A stretch of DNA of 43,050 nucleotides from an uncultured Candidatus Saccharibacteria bacterium (GCA_964575755.1 CAZNRH010000001.1:181347-224396); one strand, 5' to 3'. Positions 14,647 to 23,779 are shown, numbered from the stretch's first letter. A program made the numbers and translations. The notes: generated by a model from the sequence alone, not told the origin.

Positions 14647-15240
14647 ATGATAGTACTAGACATAGAAGCCTCGGGGACGGAGTATCACAAACACTCAATA
14701 GTGAGTATAGGAGCTTTTGATTTTGATGAACCGACGAATCGTTTTTATGAAGAGTGTCGTATTTGGGACGGTGCACATATTATGGAAGAGGCGCTTGAAG
14801 TGAATGGATTTACTGAAGCTGAAATTACTGACCCAAGCAAAAAAACGGAAGGAGAGGTAATTACTCTTTTTCTTGAGTGGGCAGAGAAAATAAATGACAG
14901 AACACTTGTAGGCCAAAATGTGTCATTTGATAGAGATTATACTAAAGCTGCTGCAGAGAGAGCTGGAATAAATTGGATTTTTGCATACCGAACGGTGGAT
15001 ACGCATACGCTTGCTTACATGCATCATATAAAAGCTGGTAAGGATATTCCTTTTGCAAAGAATCATTCAGCACTTAATCTGGACGCAATTCTTAACTACA
15101 CAGGAATTCCAAATGAACCAGAGCCACACAATGCACTCACAGGAGCTCTTTCTCATGGTGAGGTTGCATCTCGGCTACTATACGATAAAAAATTACTACC
15201 AGAGTTCGAACAGTTTGATATTCCATGGGTTAAAAATTAA
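14647..15240 (+). CDS. DEDD-family 3'-5' exonuclease (DnaQ/RNase T-like)
   Basis: Exo motifs VLDIEASG, GQNVSFDRDY and HNALTGAL. Confidence 0.75.
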   Translation: MIVLDIEASGTEYHKHSIVSIGAFDFDEPTNRFYEECRIWDGAHIMEEALEVNGFTEAEITDPSKKTEGEVITLFLEWAEKINDRTLVGQNVSFDRDYTKAAAERAGINWIFAYRTVDTHTLAYMHHIKAGKDIPFAKNHSALNLDAILNYTGIPNEPEPHNALTGALSHGEVASRLLYDKKLLPEFEQFDIPWVKN

Positions 15241-15261
15241 AGTGCTATACTATCAAACAAT

Positions 15262-15966
15262 ATGAAATCAGACGAAAAGACAAAACATAAAATGGTGGCG
15301 AAGAAGACATGTCTTGTTAAGAGGGAACTGCGATATATAGACGATGAGAGTATCGCTGAGAGGGTAGGGGGAATTACATCAGAGTTTATTAAAGGCTTTG
15401 AGCTACTTCGCAAGTACGACCTCGCTGCTACTTTCTTTGGTTCTGCTAGATGTAAGCTGAATAGTAAGTCTTACCAATTTGCTGTTGACTTGGCACACAG
15501 GCTTTCAGATTCAGGATTTACTATTATTACAGGAGGTGCAGCAGGAGTCATGGAAGCTGCAAATAAAGGGGCTTGTGAAGCAGGAGGTAACTCAGTTGGT
15601 GTTAATATAGAACTACCTAAAAAACAATCTGGAAACAATTACACAACAGACTCGGAAGATTTTGACCACTTCTTTACGCGTAAAGTAATGCTTACATATG
15701 CTTCCGAGGTTTACGTATATTTTCCAGGTGGGTTTGGTACACTCGATGAATTTTTTGAAATTGCTACACTTATCCAAACAAAAAAGATTGAGTCAATTCC
15801 TATTATATTAGTAGGAAAAGAGTTTTGGACACCACTACTTGAGTGGATCAAAAAAGACCTTATAAACAAACACCATACAGTGTCTGATGGAGATGTTAAC
15901 ATCTACACACTGGTAGATTCTGTTGATGAGGCTTATGATGTAATTATAAATAAGGTTTGTGAGTAG
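15262..15966 (+). CDS. LOG-family / TIGR00730 Rossmann-fold nucleotide-binding protein
   Basis: TGGAAGVMEAANKGA and PGGFGTLDEFFE motifs. TGcTATACT (15243-15251) lies 10 nt before the ATG. Confidence 0.85.
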   Translation: MKSDEKTKHKMVAKKTCLVKRELRYIDDESIAERVGGITSEFIKGFELLRKYDLAATFFGSARCKLNSKSYQFAVDLAHRLSDSGFTIITGGAAGVMEAANKGACEAGGNSVGVNIELPKKQSGNNYTTDSEDFDHFFTRKVMLTYASEVYVYFPGGFGTLDEFFEIATLIQTKKIESIPIILVGKEFWTPLLEWIKKDLINKHHTVSDGDVNIYTLVDSVDEAYDVIINKVCE

Positions 15967-16129
15967 ATTATAAAAACTATTAATTTGAAATAATTATGAC
16001 ACATGTAAAAAAGTGGTATCACAATAAGCAAAATCTAGCCTTAGTAGCCGGCTTTCTTAGTACTGCTCTTACTTCTATTAACATAATAATGGGTGTTATT
16101 TAGACCTTAACATAGCCGTTGTATAGCTA

Positions 16130-16157
16130 TTGACAAGATTAATATAAATGCTATAAT
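16130..16157 (+). promoter_or_regulatory. near-consensus promoter TTGACA-16-TATAAT
   Basis: Hexamers at 16130-16135 and 16152-16157, about 80 nt upstream of the transglycosylase ATG. Confidence 0.55.
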
Positions 16158-16237
16158 ATATGCATATTCGGCTACGTGTCGGTTTTTTGTTTGAAAGCCT
16201 AATTACTTAACAGGTTTTATAAATTAAATTTTAAAAC

Positions 16238-16648
16238 ATGATATTTACAATATTAACATTAGCACTTACAGCTTTTGCTAACCCAGCTCAAATGGAGATA
16301 GAGGTGATAGGGGACATAACCCAATCATCTGCATATGTTGAACAATATACAAGGGTATATTTTTCTGACATACCTATTATGACAGAGATTGCAGAGTGTG
16401 AGTCTAAATTTAGACAATTTGATACCAAAGGTAATGTCCTTAGAGGAGAACGGAACCGTCGAGATGTTGGAGTTATGCAGATCAATGAAGACTTTCATTT
16501 AGATAGTGCTTTAGAGAATGACGTAGATTTATATACACTCAATGGTAATATTGAGTATGCTAGGGGACTGTATGAAAAATACGGAACCAAACCTTGGAAA
16601 TATTCCAAGAAATGTTGGGGAGGTATGGTACTAGCTCTAGCTAAGTAA
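16238..16648 (+). CDS. secreted lytic transglycosylase-like (lysozyme-fold) protein
   Basis: Signal-like N-terminus, with IAECES...GVMQIN matching the catalytic Glu context of transglycosylase-like domains. Confidence 0.7.
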   Translation: MIFTILTLALTAFANPAQMEIEVIGDITQSSAYVEQYTRVYFSDIPIMTEIAECESKFRQFDTKGNVLRGERNRRDVGVMQINEDFHLDSALENDVDLYTLNGNIEYARGLYEKYGTKPWKYSKKCWGGMVLALAK

Positions 16649-16694
16649 TCAAACCAAATCGTAGACATCAGATGTTGGCAAATCAATTAAATAC

Positions 16695-16737
16695 AATAAA
16701 ATAAACGGCTGGAGTTACTCCAGCCGTTTATTTTATT
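16695..16737. terminator. 20-bp perfect stem with a 3-nt loop (AATAAAATAAACGGCTGGAG-TTA-CTCCAGCCGTTTATTTTATT)
   Basis: Verified base by base. Lies downstream of the transglycosylase gene. Confidence 0.75.
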
Positions 16738-16782
16738 ATTAGAAGGCTTGAGAACATAGGTAGTTTTCGTAACATTTCTAAT

Positions 16783-16992
16783 ATGTGCGAAATAGATAAT
16801 ATGTGGGTTGATGAAGAGTATCGAAGCCGTGGGATTGGTAAGGAACTAATGAGTGATGTTGAAATATGGGCTAAAGAGAAGGGGACAAGGAAAATGAGGG
16901 TGATTACTTCATGTAAAAATGAAAAAAGGATCAAGTTTTATAAAAGAGAAGGATTTAGTGAGTACGATTTAATCCTAGAGAAAGATATATAA
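16783..16992 (+). pseudogene. GNAT acetyltransferase remnant (C-terminal half only)
   Basis: Contains the acetyl-CoA motif A (VDEEYRSRGIGKELM) and the C-terminal FYKREGF. The N-terminal ~80 aa of a normal GNAT are absent, and the sequence immediately upstream is a terminator. Confidence 0.6.
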
Positions 16993-17326
16993 ATTAATAT
17001 ATAGCACAAGCACTTTATATGGTTTAATTGTTTGGTTTGAGGGTAGAGGACTAGCAATCTTTCATGCTATTTATTGAATTGTTATAACGATAGGAAAGAG
17101 GTACTTTAATGAGTAAAGAGTGTCGCACAATATATCTTTTGCGTCCTAATACTCTATTAAAATAACCATCTAATACAACACAGTCTGATACTGTTCTTCT
17201 GCATGTCTTTATTGGCTTGTTGTAGTACTTTTACGTAATCTTTTGTATATAAAGACTCTGACTTGCAATTTTATTGATATTAAAGTAAAAATAGGATTAG
17301 AAATAATCAAATACATGGAGGAAAAC

Positions 17327-17614
17327 ATGGCAGAAAAAATCGTGCCCACAGACGAAAATACCATACTAATCCATCCACAATGTAGACTCGTAACAATGTC
17401 TATCATCTATGGTTTACCAGATCACAAAAGCATCATTAATGAGTTTGTCTGGCAACTACACGATTTGGTTCCAGAATTGGAACGAGTTCGTAGATTTCTT
17501 AAGTTCTGGGATAACAATATTGATGGACCTATTAAGTTGGTTCAAATAACATATCCTGGAATTAAGATTCCACGCTCTGTTAGGTGTGTGGATTCGTTAC
17601 TTGTGATTAATTAA
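17327..17614 (+). CDS. Usg-like family protein
   Basis: L.TMSIIYGLPDHKSIINEFVWQLHDLVPELERVRRFLKFWDNNIDGPI matches the Usg family signature (PDH...WQ..DL.P.....FL.FW...L.GPL). GGAGG lies 5 nt before the ATG at 17327. Confidence 0.65.
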   Translation: MAEKIVPTDENTILIHPQCRLVTMSIIYGLPDHKSIINEFVWQLHDLVPELERVRRFLKFWDNNIDGPIKLVQITYPGIKIPRSVRCVDSLLVIN

Positions 17615-17619
17615 ATGAA

Positions 17620-17658
17620 AAAAGATCATGCTACGAACTTGTGGCATGATCTTTTATT
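17620..17658 (+). terminator. intrinsic terminator AAAAGATCATGC-(12 nt)-GCATGATCTTTT
   Basis: 12-bp stem followed by a T-run, directly after the Usg-like gene. Confidence 0.75.
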
Positions 17659-17775
17659 GCTTATTTTTGGTTTACCCCCCTGCCCTAATTGTACTGGTTA
17701 ATATCTCGGTTGACCGAGAAGTATTTATATGGTATTGTTTTTATAGGTTCAATTTTAGTTTAGTGGTTTAAGTCG

Positions 17776-18018
17776 ATGTTTAAATTTTTTATAGAATTTA
17801 ATGACGAAAAAAAGTTTTGTTGCGCAAGCTATAAATTTGAGGGTGACGAAATCACCCTCTTAGGACTTCAAGAAGTAACATATACCAGAGGTGGTGCTTT
17901 AAAGACCGTTTTTAAAAAAGACACTGAAACTATTATAGCGATTATTCCTGGAAATTATACCGCTAAATCAGTCGCCCAAGACTTCTTCTTGCCAGTAGTT
18001 GGAGGTTATAAAAAATAA
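17776..18018 (+). CDS. hypothetical 80-aa protein
   Basis: ORF only, with a candidate TTGACC-17-TATTGT promoter upstream. No family recognised. Confidence 0.35.
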   Translation: MFKFFIEFNDEKKFCCASYKFEGDEITLLGLQEVTYTRGGALKTVFKKDTETIIAIIPGNYTAKSVAQDFFLPVVGGYKK

Positions 18019-18070
18019 AAGCCCTGCGATATAAATATCAATGGGTTTTTCTTTTTCTTAATTTTCCACA

Positions 18071-18101
18071 AAAAACAACCCATGTCACCTGGGTTGTTTT
18101 T
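18071..18101. terminator. bidirectional terminator AAAAACAACCCA-(7 nt)-TGGGTTGTTTTT
   Basis: 12-bp stem between convergent genes. Confidence 0.8.
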
Positions 18102-18114
18102 AGATATAAAAGAA

Positions 18115-18351
18115 TTACATATTTCCTTCTCTGTGACCTTCCCCACCTACTGAACATGTTTTGCAACATGATTTGTGAGTAAAGATTTCATATACTGCAG
18201 CGAGACCTATTAGGATATAAAGTACACGAGAAGCGGTTGCTTCTTGTCCTCCTAATAGACTTCCAAGATCCCATCCAAATGCTCCAACAGCAAGCCAGTT
18301 AAGACCCCCTACTGCAAGCAATAGAAATGCAACTATGTGAACTGATTTCAT
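18115..18351 (-). CDS. DUF378 family membrane protein with a Cys/His-rich C-terminal tail
   Basis: The LLAVGGLNWLAVGAFGWDL...RVLYILIGLAAVY pattern is typical of DUF378. Confidence 0.8.
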   Translation of the reverse strand: MKSVHIVAFLLLAVGGLNWLAVGAFGWDLGSLLGGQEATASRVLYILIGLAAVYEIFTHKSCCKTCSVGGEGHREGNM

Positions 18352-18418
18352 AAAAAGTTATTGATTTATTATATTTATAATATCGACCACATTGGTTAGC
18401 TTTCTGTTATACATTCAT
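18349..18418 (-). repeat. truncated or degenerate copy (C6) of the start-codon-anchored element, upstream of the DUF378 gene
   Basis: The sense strand reads ATGAAT...CTAACC..ATGTGGTCGATATTATAAAT...ATGAAA. It shares ATGAAT, CTAACC and the GTCGATATTATAAAT core with copy C5. It lacks the terminal helix, and the two ATGs are 67 nt apart instead of ~118. Confidence 0.45.
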
Positions 18419-18484
18419 CCTATCTTTTTTACAATAATACTTCAGCAAAGTTATACACAAAGGAAAAGACGGCTGCGTGAGTCG

Positions 18485-18607
18485 TCATCCCGGTTCTTTA
18501 TGACGAGCAGATAACTTCTGAAAAAACCTATCGATCACATCTAGTGCTTTAAAGAAGAGGAGATCAAAAGCACCTAGCTCTTCTGCATGAAAGATTTTCC
18601 GTGCCAT
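18485..18607 (-). CDS. candidate 40-aa small protein (MARKIFHAEELGAFDLLFFKALDVIDRFFQKLSARHKEPG)
   Basis: GGAGG lies 5 nt upstream of the ATG. The ORF falls below the track's length cutoff and ends in TGA. No family recognised. Confidence 0.35.
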   Translation of the reverse strand: MARKIFHAEELGAFDLLFFKALDVIDRFFQKLSARHKEPG

Positions 18608-18699
18608 TATAGCCTCCTATAAAATAACTTTCCTAATATTATATTACCTAAACTAACATTAAATTTATTTAAAATAAAGATTAAATAAGTATTTTGTTT

Positions 18700-20076
18700 T
18701 TATAAGTAAGAGAGAGGATTCAAATAAGCATCGAGTGGAGCTATTGGTATGCGTACATCTCCACAATTGGTTATTTTCTTAACATCCCCAAGACGAACTA
18801 CCTTGACTCCTTGTGATGCATACACAGTGAAGTGTAGATGTGGCCCTGTTGAATATCCTGTATTACCACTAAATCCGATAACATCCCCAGTAGAGACTTC
18901 TTGGCCTGCTTTAACGGATATATAAGAAAGGTGTGCGTAAAGTGTCGAAAGTCCATTTTTATGTTTTACGAGTATCCATTTGCCATAAGAGTAGCAACCT
19001 TTTTGTAGATCTGTGTTCCCCGTCTCTACTATTGTTCCAGAAAGGGCCGATTGTACTTTAGTGCCAATTGAAGAACGAAAGTCTGTTCCGTTATGTCCCC
19101 CACCGTTGTAAACTTGTGGGTTTTGTGTAGCAAATGGAGTATTTCCGAAATATTGTGTGATGCAGTTTATATTACCTAGGTACTTTTTATACGCAGTACA
19201 TCCTTGCATTTGAGTGTTAGTAAAAGGCCATCGCAAAATTCCTGATCCAAATGGAGGAATACTTCCTGGGTCAACTGCAATACGAAGTTGAGATTCCAAC
19301 TCAAGCATTTCATTTTCAAACTGTTCACGAGCCACTACACGTTCACTAAGGAGGTCTTGGTATTCTGATTCTTTTTCAACGGTTTGGTTTAAAAGCACGT
19401 TTTTCTTAGATAGATTTCCTTCAAGTACATTCTTTTGCCCAGAAAGTTGCACATTATAATTTGTTAACTGCCCTTTTTTCTTTTCAGAAGTCTTTTTTGT
19501 ATCTTCTAGGTCGCTTTTAAGTTGCTTAAGTACTTTAAGTTCATCACGTACCACTACCTGGAACTTTTGTAGTGTTTCAAGTTTATTCCAAAACTCATCT
19601 AGATTGTCGTAACCAAGCATTATCTCGATCATAGATTGAGACTCTATTTCATTAATTCTACGTATAGCTAAAGCAACCGCTTGAGTGTCGTTATATATAC
19701 GGTCTCCTTTTGTTACAATCTCTTCACCGAGTTCCTGAATCTGTAATGTTGTTGAGTAGATTTGGTTCTGTGTAATTTTTATATTAGTGAGTAACTTTCT
19801 TTTAGATACAGCAAGTTCGTTAATGGCATTTTCCAACGTCTTTTTGTTACTACCAATAACATTTAATTCTGATTCGTACTGAGCTATTTCTACTTCAAGT
19901 GCCGCTATTTTAGCATTAAAGTCAGAGATTTCTTTTTTAAGTTCATCTACACTAGCAGCTTCAACTTGAGATATAGTAAATACAAAAAATAATGATGTAA
20001 GTAACACTAAACAGCTTACTATTCCTGCGATAGAATATATGAGTGTTTTTGTTTGACTAGAGTTGTTCTTGTGCAT
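18700..20076 (-). CDS. M23 family metallopeptidase with an N-terminal TM segment and long coiled coil (EnvC-like)
   Basis: HNGTDF, YGKWILVKHKNGLSTLYAHL and GNTGYSTGPHLHF are LytM-domain motifs. The start is set at MHKNNSS (20076), 20 nt inside the gltX 3' end. Confidence 0.85.
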   Translation of the reverse strand: MHKNNSSQTKTLIYSIAGIVSCLVLLTSLFFVFTISQVEAASVDELKKEISDFNAKIAALEVEIAQYESELNVIGSNKKTLENAINELAVSKRKLLTNIKITQNQIYSTTLQIQELGEEIVTKGDRIYNDTQAVALAIRRINEIESQSMIEIMLGYDNLDEFWNKLETLQKFQVVVRDELKVLKQLKSDLEDTKKTSEKKKGQLTNYNVQLSGQKNVLEGNLSKKNVLLNQTVEKESEYQDLLSERVVAREQFENEMLELESQLRIAVDPGSIPPFGSGILRWPFTNTQMQGCTAYKKYLGNINCITQYFGNTPFATQNPQVYNGGGHNGTDFRSSIGTKVQSALSGTIVETGNTDLQKGCYSYGKWILVKHKNGLSTLYAHLSYISVKAGQEVSTGDVIGFSGNTGYSTGPHLHFTVYASQGVKVVRLGDVKKITNCGDVRIPIAPLDAYLNPLSYL

Positions 20077-21424
20077 CTTGGAGTCGTTTAATTGTTTCTT
20101 CTTTTCCAAAAATAGAAGAAAGTACAAATGGGTTTGGGGAGTTATCTTTACCTGATAGTGCCACTCGCATAGGCCACAACACAGACCCCCTACCGACTTC
20201 ACTTGAATAATCCCAGATAGAGTTTTTTACCGACTCTTCTGTAAATTCGTGCTGAGATAAAATGTCTAATTTCTCTATAATAACACCTAGATGTTTTTTG
20301 GTTGTTTCTGTGCTATCTTCTTTCCAAGAAAGTTTTGTTGTTATCTTTGGTGTAGAGAAAAAATAATCAAACTCCCCTACTGTAGATAAATCCGTTAATT
20401 CTTTAAAGGTATGTATGCGTTCTAGTATTTCTCCGGTTACTTTTTGTAGTCTGTCACGAGAGTATTGTGGAAGTTTTTTGATTCTTTCTGGTAACACTGT
20501 TTCAAATAAATCCAGAACATCTTCTTCTGGTAGAGTTTTTATGTGCTCACGATTAAACCAATTTAGTTTATTTATATCAAACACTGCCCCACCCTTCTGG
20601 ACTTGTTCCATCGAGAAATCCTTTATGAGTTCTGGTAGCGTATAAACCTCTTTTTCAGTACCTGGATTCCACCCTAAAAATGCTAAGTAGTTAATCAAAG
20701 CTTCTTTAATATAGCCATTTTTTCGATATTCAATAATTGAGGTGCTTCCCTTTCGTTTTGACATTTTAGAGCGATCTGAGGCTAAAATAAGCGGAATATG
20801 GGCATATATTGGCTCTTTTATGTCCAAAGCTCGCTGTATAAGTATCTGTCGAGGGGTGTTTGATATATGGTCCTCTCCACGTATCACGTGCGTAACCCCC
20901 ATCTCATAGTCATCTACTACTACCGCTAGATGATACAAAGGCTCTGTCATAGAGCGTGCTATAACAAAGTCTCCAAGATCGGTTGTATCGAAAGTTATTT
21001 CGTCTCGTATTTTATCTTTAAAAGTTATGGTCTCGCCACTATTTCTTAAACGGACAACTTCCACTTGAATGTTCGGATCTTTCTTACTTGCTTCTTTTGA
21101 TATGAATGCCTTTCCAGAATCTACTAACTGTTTTAGATATTTTGTATATACCTCTTCCCTCTCTGACTGTCTGTACAATTCGTCGTGAGTTATTCCTAAC
21201 CAAGAAAGTCCTTCGAGGATATCTTTCTCGAATTTTAATTCACTGCGTTCTTTATCTGTATCTTCAATACGTATTATAAACTTACCGCCATGCGCCTTAG
21301 CATAAAGATAGTTATATAAAGCTGTTCGTGCTGTTCCTAAATGAAGAGGCCCTGTTGGGCTCGGTGCAATTCGAGTAACGACTTTTTTAGACGAAAATAT
21401 ATTTTTAAAAAAATTAAGATTCAT
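20057..21424 (-). CDS. gltX: glutamyl-tRNA synthetase
   Basis: RIAPSPTGPLHLGTAR (HIGH-type) and KMSKRKG (KMSKS). The first ATG is at 21424; the track's 21430 is a TTG. It overlaps the murG stop. Confidence 0.9.
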   Translation of the reverse strand: MNLNFFKNIFSSKKVVTRIAPSPTGPLHLGTARTALYNYLYAKAHGGKFIIRIEDTDKERSELKFEKDILEGLSWLGITHDELYRQSEREEVYTKYLKQLVDSGKAFISKEASKKDPNIQVEVVRLRNSGETITFKDKIRDEITFDTTDLGDFVIARSMTEPLYHLAVVVDDYEMGVTHVIRGEDHISNTPRQILIQRALDIKEPIYAHIPLILASDRSKMSKRKGSTSIIEYRKNGYIKEALINYLAFLGWNPGTEKEVYTLPELIKDFSMEQVQKGGAVFDINKLNWFNREHIKTLPEEDVLDLFETVLPERIKKLPQYSRDRLQKVTGEILERIHTFKELTDLSTVGEFDYFFSTPKITTKLSWKEDSTETTKKHLGVIIEKLDILSQHEFTEESVKNSIWDYSSEVGRGSVLWPMRVALSGKDNSPNPFVLSSIFGKEETIKRLQDAQEQL

Positions 21425-22544
21425 GTTCAATGCCTATATTAATTAATTCTTCTGCTATGGTGCGTGCAGCGTCTGGACGAGAAAAGGTTTTTGCACTCTC
21501 TGACATACGTTTCATTTCCTCTGGGTTATTAAACAGACGGCTTATTTCTGTATTGAGTAAGTGAGGCGTTAAATTGTTTTGTTCAATCACAATAGCTGCT
21601 CCTGATCGTGCGTAGGTAAATGCATTAGTGCTCTGGTCTCTGGAAATATTTCTTGGAATTGGAATTATAATACTTGGTATTCCAGCCGCAGCTGTCTCGA
21701 AGATTCCACCAGAACCAGCTCTCGTAACTACTAAGTCAGCTGCCCCATATGTCATACGAAGAGCAAGTACGTTTAAAAGTCCAAACGCGTGATACCTAGA
21801 TTTGTTTGGATGGTCTGCGATTATTACATCAACTCTGCTTTTAAGCTCTTCTATATTTTTACTCCCTACTTGATGTATTACCTGAAACTTTGGGAGTAAT
21901 TCAGCTAAAGCATCAACGACTGCGTTGTTGATTGCTTGAGCGCCTTGGGACCCTCCGAGTATAAGAATTACGGGTACATTTGGCTCCAAGTTTAAGTATT
22001 CAAAAGCCCCTTCTTTTTCCGGTTTAAATAATTCTTTTCTAATTGGATTGCCTGTATGTGCAACTCTGTTGTGTGGTAATTTCTCTGCGAGCTCTGGGTA
22101 CGAGATAGCAACACTTTTTGCAAACTTAGCGGTCCAAGCATTTGTTCGTCCCATGATTGAATCTGACTCATGCACAACAACCGGTATATTCAATATCCGC
22201 GCAGCTAAAACAGTTGGAAAGCTTGCATACCCACCCTTACTAAATACTACATCAGGATAGATGAAATAAAGTTTAATCAAAGCAAGGAATGCCCCAAACA
22301 GAGTCTTAACCATATCTATGTAATTCCAAATAGATGCATAGTTTCGTAATTTCCCAGCGCTACTATAATAATGCTCTATATTAAGCTCAAACAGAGCTCG
22401 TTCTTCAAACGGCTTTGGTCCAAAGTAATAAAGTGTGGGTTGAAGTAGTTTCTTTTCAGCGACTATTGCTTTAATTTCTTGTGCTACTGCAATAAGAGGG
22501 TAAAAATGCCCACCACTTCCTGATCCTGTTAAGACTATTCTCAT
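21414..22544 (-). CDS. murG: UDP-N-acetylglucosamine--N-acetylmuramyl-(pentapeptide) pyrophosphoryl-undecaprenol GlcNAc transferase MurG
   Basis: The GSGGHFYPLIAV N-terminal motif, GGSQGA and TRAGSGGIFE are typical of MurG. Confidence 0.9.
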   Translation of the reverse strand: MRIVLTGSGSGGHFYPLIAVAQEIKAIVAEKKLLQPTLYYFGPKPFEERALFELNIEHYYSSAGKLRNYASIWNYIDMVKTLFGAFLALIKLYFIYPDVVFSKGGYASFPTVLAARILNIPVVVHESDSIMGRTNAWTAKFAKSVAISYPELAEKLPHNRVAHTGNPIRKELFKPEKEGAFEYLNLEPNVPVILILGGSQGAQAINNAVVDALAELLPKFQVIHQVGSKNIEELKSRVDVIIADHPNKSRYHAFGLLNVLALRMTYGAADLVVTRAGSGGIFETAAAGIPSIIIPIPRNISRDQSTNAFTYARSGAAIVIEQNNLTPHLLNTEISRLFNNPEEMKRMSESAKTFSRPDAARTIAEELINIGIEHES

Positions 22545-23632
22545 GTTTTTATATATTTAGAGATATTTAAGATAATACCTACACTACCTAGTGCAAAAAG
22601 CATTGCTGTACCACCATGACTAATAAAAAGTAATGGCAAACCAGTAAGCGGGAAAACGCCAAGCATCGAGCCGATGTTAATAAACGACTGGGATATAATA
22701 AGTATAACAATTCCAACGATAAGCAGTCCACCAAAATAGTCTGGTGCTTTGGCAGCAATCTTGAGTCCCCTGAAAGAGAAAGAGAGAAATAAAAGTATAA
22801 GAACAAATGCGCCAGCAAAACCAAACTCCTCTGCTGCCACTGCAAATATTGAATCCCCTATTGGCTCTGGTAGATAGTTAAATTTTTGTACACTTTGTCC
22901 AAATCCTCTACCCAACGCTCCACCAGAACCAATTGCAATAAGTGATTGGTTTAACTGGTAGCCTGATTCTTGTAAGTTTGCACTTGGTTGTATAAATGTC
23001 TCAAGTCGTTCTTTAAGATACGGTCGTTGGTATACAAGAACCGAGAATGCCAATACCGCCACCAAAAGTAGAATAAATAAATCACGAGCCTTTCCTCCTG
23101 CAGTTATGTACATAGATATTCCAGCGGAAGCCAGTACAAGCACCGTGCCTGTGTCTGGTTGAAGAAGTAGGAGTGCACTCGGTATACCCATGATGATCGT
23201 AAATGGGATTAGTCCATGTCTAAACTCAGCAATTTTAAATCGTACTGAAGAAAGGTATGTTGCCAGGTATAGTACAAAGCCAAGTTTTAGGAACTCTGCT
23301 GGTTGAAACGAGAAACCAAATAAATATATCCACCTACGAGCTCCGTTTATTTCAAAACCAAGGTCAGGCACAAACACAAGCAGTACTCCTATTATAGAAA
23401 GAATAAAAATATAGAGTGATAGAGGCTTCCATAGCCGATATCTAATCTTTGACATAATAAAGAGAGATATAGTACCCAAAAACATACCAAAGAAAATCTG
23501 ACTAAATGCCACTGAGGAGAACTTTGCACCCTCCCGAGCCAGCAACCCAAGTGACGCAGAGGTAAAAATAAAAAAACCGAATACAACAAGTACTCCGGTT
23601 ATCAGAAGAAGTGAACGGTCAATTGATTTCAT
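22541..23632 (-). CDS. ftsW: SEDS-family peptidoglycan polymerase FtsW/RodA
   Basis: About 10 TM segments with the conserved QPAEFLK, LQPDTGT and LPEPIGDSIFA motifs. The TGA stop overlaps the murG ATG (ATGA). TATACT (23641-23646) lies 8 nt before the ATG. Confidence 0.9.
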   Translation of the reverse strand: MKSIDRSLLLITGVLVVFGFFIFTSASLGLLAREGAKFSSVAFSQIFFGMFLGTISLFIMSKIRYRLWKPLSLYIFILSIIGVLLVFVPDLGFEINGARRWIYLFGFSFQPAEFLKLGFVLYLATYLSSVRFKIAEFRHGLIPFTIIMGIPSALLLLQPDTGTVLVLASAGISMYITAGGKARDLFILLLVAVLAFSVLVYQRPYLKERLETFIQPSANLQESGYQLNQSLIAIGSGGALGRGFGQSVQKFNYLPEPIGDSIFAVAAEEFGFAGAFVLILLFLSFSFRGLKIAAKAPDYFGGLLIVGIVILIISQSFINIGSMLGVFPLTGLPLLFISHGGTAMLFALGSVGIILNISKYIKT

Positions 23633-23653
23633 ATTGAATTAGTATATCAAATT

Positions 23654-23679
23654 AAATGCCACATGTGCCTGTGGCATTT
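23654..23679 (-). terminator. hairpin AAATGCCACA-(6 nt)-TGTGGCATTT
   Basis: 10-bp perfect stem downstream of the hydrolase pseudogene. It belongs to a family of related terminator hairpins in this window. Confidence 0.6.
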
Positions 23680-23779
23680 GTGTAAATAACCCTTATTCCT
23701 ATTGATAATAAATAGTCAGAGTATTCTGGCCATTTATAGCTGGCTGTCTGGGACGATGTTAGAACTTTTTTAAGGAAAG

